DNA of 29,632 nucleotides from Spongospora subterranea f. sp. subterranea (GCA_049724395.1 JAUGWO010000011.1:62001-91632), one strand, 5' to 3'. Numbered from the stretch's first letter, positions 11,862 through 21,957 are shown. A program made the numbers and translations. Notes: generated by a model not told the origin, from the letters alone.

Positions 11862-13372
11862 CCGTAGACCACAGAATAATCCGTTACACCGTAGTTTTCA
11901 CTAAAACACAAATATATCCCGTATTTTGGTGAATCCGACCACAACAGACTCGGACAGCTGATTTATGAACTTACCTTTGAACTGTACGCAGACAACTGGA
12001 TCAATCTGTGTACCTAGTCCGTGGGCGCACAGTTTTGTGACCGTACGTTACCCCCACCGATCACTTGTTCAATCATGTCTGACTTCGAAAGAATTGTTGC
12101 GGAAGGGTAATACGGTTTATTGTGTGATCGTCGAAATTGGAACTAGGGGGAATCTTAAAGGCCTAATTTTACTGTCGCAGCTGCAGACTCCATCTGCGCG
12201 TAGATGGAAAATTTGGGACAAACTTATCGCAGCTGAGTTCAGTTCAACCAGCCCTGAAAAATTGATTGCATTAGCCAAAGGGGTCGATGATGAAGAGCCA
12301 CTTGGTCAACAAACTCATTGGCCGCGTCCAGCACTGCTATCTCGAACTGCTCTTCAGGATCGGCCCCTTTGCCTAATGCAATCAATTCTTCAGGGCTGGC
12401 TGAACTGAACTCAGCTGCGATAAGTTTGTCCCAGTTCGTGGATTGTAGGAGGGGATGTCGGCATCGTTCGTCAAGAATTGGTTGCGCGCCATTCTGAGTA
12501 GTGATGAACTGGTCAAGAGCTCGGTTAAATTGCACGTCATCGATGGGAATATTTGTTGACGGCGATGGTAGCGGATTTTGTGAAAAAGTGAGAAAGACAC
12601 CGAAATACTTTCTTGAATGAGCTGTTCAAGCAATGAGATACATCTTTGATGCGAATTGAGAACTTACTGGTAAACAGAGACTGCAGTAGACATAGTCGTA
12701 TGAATTTGAATGAAACCGGGAGTCAACATGACGATCTCGGAAATGCCTGCCCATGGTTTCAGAACGAGGACAATAATAAGCGCACGAAAGACATTGATAT
12801 CCCGAGATGAATTTGACGCCAGGTACAGGTGGTAATCATTGGCAACTCCATGTATTGTTTCAGTCAAGGATGATTGGCAGAACATATTTCAGCTTCAATC
12901 AGCAATAGTGCTTGTTTGACAAAGGCCAAAGAGGGAGTAGTGCCAGTATGTTTGTCTCGAATGTGTTGGCGAATGGGCCGGGAGATTGGACTTAAGACAT
13001 ACTGGCATTTCCTGCGCACCAAAATCGACAGCTCAGCAATGAAAGAAATGTCATAAAGAGTGAGACTGGAGATAGGTATGGGGTCCTCTTGGTCTTGGTC
13101 CTGATCAGGCGTTGGTCTATGATTTACTGAGGCCAATCTGGAACATTGAAGGACATGTCTTCGAAGTCTCCATCTACGCGCAGATGGAGTCTGCAACTGC
13201 GACAGTAAAATTAGGCCTTTGAGTTTCCCCCTAGTTCCAATTTCGTCGATCACACAATAAACCGTATTTCGTGTGTATTAAACACAGTTTTCCCGTAATT
13301 TCAAATCCGAAATCACAGTATAAAGACCCCCGTATTTGCGATTTTCCTGACGGATTATTCTGTGGTCGACGG
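11862..13372. mobile_element. Non-autonomous TIR element with TA flanks
   Basis: TA|CCGTAGACCACAGAATAATCCGT (11862-11884) is the inverted repeat of ACGGATTATTCTGTGGTCGACGG|TA (13350-13372) with 1 mismatch. Confidence 0.65.
12296..13160 (-). pseudogene. DUF3505/OrsD-like double C2H2 zinc-finger N-terminus, as in telomere-linked RecQ helicase (TLH) genes; truncated
   Basis: ILV(C>R)RKCQY...QHIRDKH; LPPVPGVKFISGYQCLSCAYYCPRSETMGRHFRDRH; LQSLFT[intron 12667-12622]THSRKYFGV; HPLLQSTNWDKL (cf. PWLxRTxW). Stops and frameshifts are present. Confidence 0.72.
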
Positions 13373-13619
13373 TAAGGTGACTGGGACTGTAGCTCAGAAA
13401 ATGAGATGTGTACAGTACGTACTTTTATCGATGTCATCCAAACATATAAATTGCCGCGCACTTTTCTGTACCTTTTCCGCCCGACTCTACTGAACACAAT
13501 TGGGATCACTGATCAATCTCATGGCCACGCAGTATGGATCACACCATTGAGATCAATATTGAATTGAATCTGCCAATCGCTCTCCACCTCATTGGCACTT
13601 GTTCATTTGATTCCACTTA

Positions 13620-14816
13620 ATGTCGTCTGATCTTGACGGATCTGTTGTCGACTCAGAATTACCATTCCCTGTCGGTTTGATTGAAGATGAGTATGATAGT
13701 TGTATTCTCGTGCCTTACGATAGCTACATCGCTACATGTTCCAATCCCATTCCTCGCCCTCGGACTGGTGTCGTCGACCTGTTACAAATTGCAGCTGAGT
13801 CCGGTGATATTGGGTTTTTACACAAGATGAAGCAGCGATTTGGTGGTGTTTTGTATAACAGGTATGACATTAGAGCATGTCTTCAGCACGGTCATATTGA
13901 GTTTTTCAAGCATTATATATCGCTGGCAAAAGGGACATATGTTATTGTAGAATTTGATGATTATGAGGGAGATTTCGAACGAAATCCATCATGGGCTACT
14001 CCTCGGTATTACCTTATCAGTGATGTGTTGTCTCCCTATACCCTTAGTGCTGAATTACACCTCGAACTGATTCGATATATTTACGAGGAAGTTATTTTAA
14101 AGTTCCCGCCAAAACAAGAGCTGGAGAAGCTCGTGATTCCTGGTCGGGTATATGGTCGAATGCCCGGTATTCCTACCGTTGATAAGTTGGTGTCAAGTTA
14201 TCCAGGGTATCCCGACTTAACTCCCTGGGAATCTGAGTATATCCTCCACAGCACTTTTGATTCGAAATTTCATTATATTCGAACATATCTAGTGGAAGAT
14301 AGAGGTCTTCGATATAATGAGAATCTTATCGAAGTAGCCGCAGGACGATATCGCAAAGGCATTTACCATTATGTTCTAGATTACTTATTGCCTGAACTAG
14401 ACAAGGCCGCCATGACTGCTAAATATCCAGTTAAAGATCCGCCCGATCACCAATTCCTGTTTTTTATCCTCTGTTATTGTTGGCCTCCAGATCGTGTCGC
14501 TCTGAAGGACTTGTTTTTTGGCCGTCCTGAGATGATACCGAAGATTGTCCATGTCATTAATTTCCTATCACTATCAGTTTCTCAATCAAATCATGGTACT
14601 GTCCGATCACCGATAACCAAATTCGAGTTGCAAATTCAACAACACGCCGAACCATCAGCAACAACTTTTGAGGCGGTTGCACAATCGATCTGCGATGTTT
14701 TGAAGGAAGTGCTCCAAATAATGGGTGATGCTGGATATCAGGGGTTTACAGATATTGACTGGTCTATTGAAGGTGATGTCGATTTCAATGACCAACCGGA
14801 ATACATGAGATCGTGA
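13620..14816 (+). CDS. Intronless hypothetical protein, 398 aa, possible divergent ankyrin-like helical repeats
   Basis: Long ATG-initiated ORF with a close paralog at 28872. LLQIAAESGDIGFLHKM and IRACLQHGHIEFFKHYI loosely resemble ankyrin units. Confidence 0.75.
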   Translation: MSSDLDGSVVDSELPFPVGLIEDEYDSCILVPYDSYIATCSNPIPRPRTGVVDLLQIAAESGDIGFLHKMKQRFGGVLYNRYDIRACLQHGHIEFFKHYISLAKGTYVIVEFDDYEGDFERNPSWATPRYYLISDVLSPYTLSAELHLELIRYIYEEVILKFPPKQELEKLVIPGRVYGRMPGIPTVDKLVSSYPGYPDLTPWESEYILHSTFDSKFHYIRTYLVEDRGLRYNENLIEVAAGRYRKGIYHYVLDYLLPELDKAAMTAKYPVKDPPDHQFLFFILCYCWPPDRVALKDLFFGRPEMIPKIVHVINFLSLSVSQSNHGTVRSPITKFELQIQQHAEPSATTFEAVAQSICDVLKEVLQIMGDAGYQGFTDIDWSIEGDVDFNDQPEYMRS

Positions 14817-16096
14817 TTTACCATTGCCTTTACTGTCTCTTATCTTAACACAAACTTCTGTAATGTGTTGAGAAGTATTGCGGGCTGTATTTCAATACAA
14901 AACATTTTTATCCCAGTTCTGGAATCCCGATTTTCCGCTTTTGGATATGTCGAAAAAGGTTGATTTTCATATCTGATGCTGTGGTGATTACAATTTACAG
15001 TGTCAATATGTCAGTTGTACTGTATTATGCATATTGTCGGTCAACGACGTTCGCACATCGAGGGCAGACTTGATGAAAGGGTGTCGAATCCTCACCAAAA
15101 CCTTCAGCGGGAAAATGCGTCAGGTATTGGTGAGGTAGCTGGATGACGCCAACGTCGGACCGATGGGTGAGCGCTTGGGTGACCACTTTGTGAAGAACTC
15201 TGTGGAACATCGTTCCCACATGGCCTGGATGGGTCAGAATCATCCCCGTCACTTCATTATAATTGACTTTGGAAACAGCAGGATCGAACGGAATGTAATC
15301 TGTTAGGAACTGCGCCCGAGATACACAGTTACCAACTGACCCAAAAGGTACTATGATGGCACAAGGCCATCATTCTCGGGTCCTTATATACCTAAGACTT
15401 TTGGATCATGACAGTATCCCCCTGTTTAGGAGCGACCCCCATGACCTTCCAGCCCCCGTGCGACTTCCTAGATTATCCTCTGACTGGTGAGCAAGAAACG
15501 AGATAACACAGTTGAGAGAGAGAAGGAAGAAGACGAAACAATCCAGTCAGGCGGGGAAGTCTGACCACGAAAGGTATATAAGGCAACCCCCATGCCGTTA
15601 CATGTAAGCCGTGAGTGACCCCAAAATGCTGTGAACACTAAGGAAATCGAACTCACGATTAGGAACTGCGCCCGAGATACACAGTTACCAACTGACCCAA
15701 AAGGTACTATGATGGCACAAGGCCATCATTCTCGGGTCCTTATATACCTAAGACTTTTGGATCATGACAGTATCCCCCTGTTTAGGAGCGACCCCCATGA
15801 CCTTCCAGCCCCCGTGCGACTTCCTAGATTATCCTCTGACTGGTGAGCATAGAAACGAGATAACACAGTTGCGAGAGAAGGAAGAAGACGAAACAATCCA
15901 GTCAGGCGGGGAAGTCTGACCACGAAAGGTATATAAGGCAACCCCCATGCCGTTACATGTAAGCCGCGAGTGACCCCAAAATGCTGTGAACACTAAGGAA
16001 ATCGAACTCACGACCTTGGTAGCCATCATACTGTTAGGAACTGCGCCCGAGATACACAGTTACCAACTGACCCAAAAGGTACTATGATGGCACAAG

Positions 16097-16270
16097 TGTT
16101 GGGCGAACGACATCATCTTCAATAGGTGGTAGCGACGCGGCCTTTTTAAGGGAGAACGATTCGGCCATCCTTGCCGAGATCGACTAAGTCATGATGAACG
16201 GTCAATAAACACTTACTTCTTATCTTGCAATCAAGCAACGTTTCATCTTCACCATCAGCTACGTCTGATA
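16097..16270 (+). repeat. 5' LTR of the nested Copia
   Basis: TGTTGGGCG...CTGATA, repeated at 19423; contains AATAAA. Confidence 0.95.
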
Positions 16271-16284
16271 GATTAAGAGTCCCA
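16271..16284 (+). other. Primer-binding site complementary to the anticodon arm of tRNA-Lys(CUU)
   Basis: GATTAAGAGTCCCA is the reverse complement of TGGGA-CTCTTAA-TC and lies immediately after the LTR. Confidence 0.75.
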
Positions 16285-16298
16285 GTTTGCTTACAAGG

Positions 16299-19200
16299 AT
16301 GGTGGAGACCCGAAGCGCAAGCAACGCCGACAACACTGAGCAGATGCAGAGCAACACCAGTCATGTCGAGCAGAACGAAAGTGGGAGCCCACTAGTATAA
16401 AGTTTCCATTGGCTACAAGAAGAAGTCAACCTGTCCAAATATAATGCTGGCCTGAAACTCATCCCCGAATTTAATGGAGCAAACTGGGATGACTTCAAAA
16501 GGAAGCTCGAAACGCAGTTCACGATTATGGGCCTAGATACATACTTGAGCCGCGATCCAAACCAAGGGAACAGAATCGAATTGCGGAATGACAAGCTGGC
16601 GATTGCTCAGATCAGCTTGCGACTTACACAACCGCAATACAAGCAAGTGTCCTCTTGCAAGACAACGCGACAAATATGGACAAGGCTAAAGGAGATCTAC
16701 GATATTTCTGCTGAATCAAAGGCAGCAGAATTGTTCCTACAATTCATCCATATCCAGAAGAAATCTTCTCAAACAATGAAGAATTACCTGGACAGGATAG
16801 TGGAGTTACACCACGATCTGAGGACCTATGATATCGAGCTCAGTGAATTTAGCAGTTTGTGTGAAAACACTTGATGGCTTACCTGAAACCTATAAACAAA
16901 TCAAAGCAGCAGCAAGAGCGTCTCAAGTCACGACAATACCAAGGCTGACTAACTTGCTATTATCTAGCGAACGTGACGAAAATAACGCGATAAAGAACGC
17001 GGAATTACAGCCATCAAAGACCCTCAATACGGACATTCGGTCAATGAACACCGAACACAAGATGTTCAAAAAGAAAAAGTATTGCTCTAAATGCAAGAAA
17101 GCAGGCCATATGATCGATAAATGCTGGATAGCCCATCCAGAACTACGACAAACAAGGCCGAAAGCACAAGTACACAATAACACAAATGAGGAAGAAGAAC
17201 ACGTTTTCACAGGTTTCTTCGCCGAATTGAAAGGTGAAGATGATAAAGACACAATGATTGTCGATAGTGGAGCGAATGTCAGCATGACATTCGATCGAAG
17301 TCTTCTTCAAGAATATCAAAGATTCCACAGTCCGACCACTGTAACAGCAAGTAACGGGGGAAAGCTACAAGCAAAAGGAAAAGGGATCATGATCGTATCG
17401 AGCAGTCCGCTGATCCAGATTCCCAATGTGTTATATGTGCCCAAGATAGCAAGAACATTACTATCAACAGACTCGATTACAAGTCAAGGATATGAAATCC
17501 GTATCGCAAAAGACCTTCATATTCTATCCAAGAATGGAAAACGAGTGATGACTGCACCCAAGAAAAATGGACTCTATTACTTATCGCCCAATTCTACATA
17601 TGAGGTGAATGGAGCTACAATTAACTCGAAGGCACGCATCAGTCTACAAGACGCCCACAAGCGATACGGTCATGCATCAGACGAAAGGTTAAAACAACTT
17701 ACTGAGCACTGTGAGGGCATCGAGCTTCAAAGCTACGAAAGACCGATGTGTGGTGGTTGTGCCCTGGGTCAAGCAAGGCGACAACCGTTTCCTGAAGAAC
17801 GGAGGACTAAACCAACAAGACCGTTTGAAATCGTAAGCTCAGATATCAAAGGACCATTACTGACAACGAGTCAAGGATACCAATATTATATCACGTACAA
17901 CTGCCTCTATTCGAAGTGGTGTTGGGTAACATTCTTAAAAACCAAAACACCAGAAGAAGTGCAAGAAAGCATGGAAAGATTCCTTACTGATGGAAAGGCA
18001 GAAACCAAGGAACGCCTGAATACATTACTGACCGACAATGGTGGCGAGTACGTGAACCAGACTATCAGCGACTTTCTACTAAGAAAAGGGATCAAACACC
18101 AGCGAACAGTACCGCATAGTCCACAGCAAAATGGAACTGCAGAGCGCCGAAACTTGACCATCATGAATATGACGAGAACATGGCCCATGTACCATAAGGA
18201 TTTCCGGACAGCATATCTGAATGCACCACTCCAAGAGCAAATCTACATTACACAACCTGAAGGTTTTGTTCAGCAAGGGGAGGAAGACAAAGTCTGCGTC
18301 CTGAACAAAGCCCTTTATGGTTTGAAACAAGCCGGGCGTGCGTGGCAAGAAACACTATTCAAAACTTTCCTAGGTATCAAGCTGAAACAATCACAAAACG
18401 AGCCATGCATTTGGTACCACTTCTCGGACAAGATGTCAGTTATCATCGGAACTTATGTCGATGATTTAATCCTGACCGGAGACAACCTTCCCAAGATCGA
18501 GGAAATTAACAAAATCCTACATAAGACATACAAGATGAAGGATTTGGGCGAAATTAAAACCTTCCTCGGTATGGAGATCATCCGCCACAAAGATGGTTTG
18601 ACGACAATTACGCAAAGGGCCTATATTGAACAGCTGCTAAAAAGGTACAAGCAAACGGATACCAAGCCGGAAAAGACCCCGGCCATTCCATGTGAATTCG
18701 ACGATGATAAGATTACGCCGGAAGCGTACCCGATACGCGAAGCACTCGGCGGTCTGATGTTCATCGCGAATACAACGAGACCGGACATTGCATACAGTGT
18801 CAACAGACTGAGTCGGCACGTTTCGAGACCGACAAAGCAGTTATGGCGGGGTGTCCAACGTGTCCTCAAGTATCTAAAAGGGACTAAAGGGCTTGGAATT
18901 GCATTAGGAAGCACAGGAACCCAAATTACCGGTTACGCTGACAGCAGTTTTGCCGATGATGTGCATGATCGCAAATCAACGTCCGGATGGTTATTTCAGT
19001 ATGGAGAAGATATAATCTCATGGAGATCGACCAAGCAGAAATCGGTTGCATTATCGACAACAGAAGCCGAGTACATGGCATGTTGCGACGCCACTAAAGA
19101 GGCGCTATGGCTGAGAAGCCAGTTGCAAGAAATTCTGAATATCAAGTGTCAACCTGTAAATATACTGCAAGATAATCAGAGTACAATATTCCTCGCTTCA

Positions 19201-19458
19201 AACGTCATCAACAAGCGAAGGACGAAGCATATCGATGTTCGATACCACTTCATCCGGGAGCAGATCAAGGCGAACAATATTGAGCTTCAATACTGCGAAA
19301 CATCTAAGATGAAGGCAGACATCTTAACGAAGCCCCTAGGTTCGAACCTGTTCATAAAGCATCGAGATGCAATCGTTGCAGATACAGGTAATCAACCTAT
19401 CGACGTCGATATCGAAGGGGAGTGTTGGGCGAACGACATCATCTTCAATAGGTGGTAG
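16299..19458 (+). pseudogene. Copia gag-pol polyprotein (disrupted)
   Basis: MVETRS start, TAA at 16398, frameshift near 16848, CCHC knuckle CSKCKKAGHMIDKC, protease IVDSGA, HHCC and D-D-E integrase (SDIKGP, TDNGGEY, QQNGTAER), RT YVDD, RNase H ADSSFA...TKHIDVRYH. There is an in-frame deletion near 18180. Confidence 0.95.
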
Positions 19459-19594
19459 CGACGCGGCCTCTTTAAGAAAAACGATTCGGCCATCCTTGCC
19501 GAGATCGACTAAGTCATGATGAACGGTCAATAAACACTTACTTCTTATCTTGCAATCAAGCAACGTTTCATCTTCACCATCAGCTACGTTGAAA
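19423..19594 (+). repeat. 3' LTR of the nested Copia
   Basis: Near-identical to 16097-16270, preceded by the PPT and followed by TSD ACAAG. Confidence 0.93.
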
Positions 19595-20730
19595 ACAAGG
19601 CCATCATTCTCGGGTCCTTATATACCTAAGACTTTTGGATCATGACATTCACCATCAGCTACGTCTGATAACAAGGCCATCATTCTCGGGGTGGCTCGTT
19701 GATATACCTAAGACTTTTGGATGACATGCACACTGCCCCCTCACCTAATCCGTGACCTGCATCAAGGGAGCTGCGAGCAATGTCAATGCTCGAGCTATTC
19801 CTGAAATCAACATTTGACACACGTTTGTTTTCTGAGCCCCGATAAAGAAGTGACCTGTGCTTCAACTGAAACGGGATAGGGTTCCGATTGCTTCTTACTC
19901 CTGCTCTCGACGCAACCATTGACAGATACAATGATTGGGCAGTAAACGCTAACCGATGCAATAGGAGTTCACACGCCATATTGACACACATCGCGATACG
20001 CCAATCATTGCTGTCGGTCTGCTCGAAAATGACAGTCAACGTGATCGGCAGATCGACATTTGGCTCGAACCTGATAGCGGTAATGGTCGCACGATCCTCA
20101 GCACATTGACCTGGCACGTTGAACCTGGATAGTCTTGACAATACACCGGCATGTACTGCCCCCTCACCTGACCCAATTCTTCGCGTGACGGATCAGCCCA
20201 GTCAAAAATGAATGGCTGATTCATCAAGGGGCTGAACAGCCCTCAATAGACGGAAGTGAAACCAGTCCTGAGGGGAATAAGCGAGCTCGAGCTGCATTCC
20301 TGAAATCAACATTGTCTTGACCTTGTAATGTCAGACGTTCGGCCAATGTTTTCTGAGCCCCGATAAAGAAGTGACCTGTATTGCTTACCTATATGGACAA
20401 CAGAAACGGGATAGGGTTGGGATTGCTTGTACTCCTGCTCTCGACGCAACCATTGACAGATACAATGATTGGGCAGTAAACGCTAACCGATGCAATAGGA
20501 GTTCACACGCCATATTGACATAATCGCAAACTGGTCCTGACCACATTCAATGAGCATATTCCAATATACGGGCGGGAACAGCAAAGTCACACTACTTTTG
20601 GAGTCAAGAAGATTAGCCGATCGATCACACTTCGGTTAGTGGACGATGAGCCAGTCTTACTGATCGAAGTGGATACGAGAGATCAGACACCTTTGTGAAC
20701 AAGAAGGGGTCAGATACCGTTTTGGATGAA

Positions 20731-21154
20731 GCTTGGTTCCTGTCTGTCCCTGTTGGTGGCAGGCATGTCCGGGTGAGTGTTGACATGAGTTCGAAACCCC
20801 GTGAGTGATGGAATTTTGGGAGACCCCCCAAGGTGGCATCCAATACGGAAAAGTAGAGTGAATGTTGAGCACGAAGGTCTGACCACGTGGCCTCTAATGA
20901 ATGTGGGAGAGCAAGCTGCTTGCAGTAAACTCGGAAACTCTGGATAGGCAATGTAATCAGGTGGGGGCAGGTCCCATTCGGTGTGGTCGTTAGGACAGAT
21001 TATGTTGCTGAATCCAGCTGGTCTAATAGGTTCCTTCATTGGATACCCAAGCTACTTGTAGCGGCCAGGCGGAAGTAGGGAAAGCCTGGTAGTACACAGG
21101 CTTACTCAACCCATAAGAACCCGCGATCCTTTGTATACCATACCATACCATACC
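20731..21154 (+). mobile_element. SINE-like non-autonomous retroelement, copy 1
   Basis: 145-bp unique head plus ~270 bp matching the LINE 3' UTR (10363-10634 reversed) plus a (TACCA)n tail. It is flanked by ATACCGTTTTGGATG at 20714-20728 and 21155-21169. Confidence 0.88.
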
Positions 21155-21170
21155 ATACCGTTTTGGATGT

Positions 21171-21590
21171 GCTTGGTTCCTGTCTGTCCCTGTTGGTGGC
21201 AGGCATGTCTGGGTGAGTGTTGGACATGAGTTCGAAACCCCGTGAGTGTTATGGAGTTTTGGGAGACCCCCAAGGTTGCATCCAATACGGAAAAGTAGAG
21301 TGAATGTTGAGCACGAAGGTCTGACCACGTGGCCTCTAATGAATGTGGGAGAGCGAGCTGCTTGCAGTAAACTCGGAAATTCTGGATAGGCATAGTAATC
21401 AGGTGGGGGCAGGTCCCATTCGGTGTGGTCGTTAGGACAGATTATGTTGCTGAATCCAGCTGGTCTAATAGGTTCCTTCATTGGATACCTAAGCTACTTG
21501 TAGCGGCCAGGCGGAAGTAGGGAAAGCCTGGTCAGTACACAGGCTTACTCAACCCATAAGAACCCGCGATCCTTTGTATACCACCATACC
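21171..21590 (+). mobile_element. SINE-like non-autonomous retroelement, copy 2
   Basis: Tandem, slightly diverged copy of 20731-21154, followed by a third ATACCGTTTTGGATG at 21591-21605. Confidence 0.88.
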
Positions 21591-21756
21591 ATACCGTTTT
21601 GGATGGGAACGGGTCAGATACCATTTTAGATGAGATGGGGTCAGACAGGGTCTTTTCGGGTCTAACGCTTTTGTGGGATGATGATGATCCCCCAGCATTG
21701 CCATAATCTGATTTCGACACAACTTGATTGTTACATTGACCGGCTTCAGAAGCTTT

Positions 21757-21957
21757 GATATCAGTCTTCCCAGGAGACGATGACGTTTTGGTGTCAGTCT
21801 TCGCTGACGCTTTCGTATCAGTCTTCGCAGTCGACGATGACGCTTTCGTGTCAGTCTTCGCAGTCGACGATGATGCTTTCATGCTTTTGTGTCAGTCTTC
21901 GCAGTCGACGATGACGCTTTCGTGTCAGTCTTCGCAGTCGACGATGACGCTTTCGTC
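21757..21957. repeat. 33-bp tandem repeat (about 5-6 imperfect units)
   Basis: CGCTTTCGTGTCAGTCTTCGCAGTCGACGATGA; the minus strand reads KASSSTAKTDT. Confidence 0.9.

Larger units (their letters stand above)
16097..19594 (+). mobile_element. Ty1/Copia LTR retrotransposon, internally deleted, ~3.5 kb
   Basis: Paired ~174-bp LTRs, 5-bp TSD ACAAG (16092-16096 / 19595-19599), PBS, PPT GAAGGGGAG (19414-19422) and gag-PR-IN-RT-RH order. Confidence 0.96.
15301..19647 (-). mobile_element. Three head-to-tail ~370-bp LTR-like units without internal region; the third is split by a nested Copia
   Basis: Units at 15301-15658, 15659-16030 and 16032-16096 + 19600-19647. On the minus strand each unit ends CCTAACA with a TATATAA about 85 nt upstream. 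Orientation is inferred. Confidence 0.75.
15025..20434 (-). pseudogene. Putative multi-exon hypothetical gene split by the LTR/Copia insertion
   Basis: Minus-strand GT-AG exons at about 20434-19990 splice to EYKQSQPYPVSVVHIGMQLELAYSPQDCHSFLTGLIRHAKNWVRFNVPGQ...NDWRIA. The sequence plausibly resumes at 15300 via a TAATC target site. No recognisable domain. Confidence 0.3.

Noticed and set aside
16097..16105. LTR start GTTGGGCG matches the 3' end of tRNA-Lys(CUU)
   Set aside because: Only 8 nt, overlapping the common TGTTG LTR start; compatible with chance.
16840..16860. Programmed gag-pol frameshift
   Set aside because: It falls inside Gag, is fixed by removing one T from a run, and Gag already has a premature stop, so mutation or sequencing error is more likely.
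16923..18914. Minus-strand ORFs within the Copia
   Set aside because: Antisense shadows of the pol frame with no motifs.
20625..21481. Repeated minus-strand ORFs (MKEPIRPAG..., MPIQ...)
   Set aside because: Antisense to the non-coding SINE copies, and the frames are not conserved between copies or with the LINE UTR.
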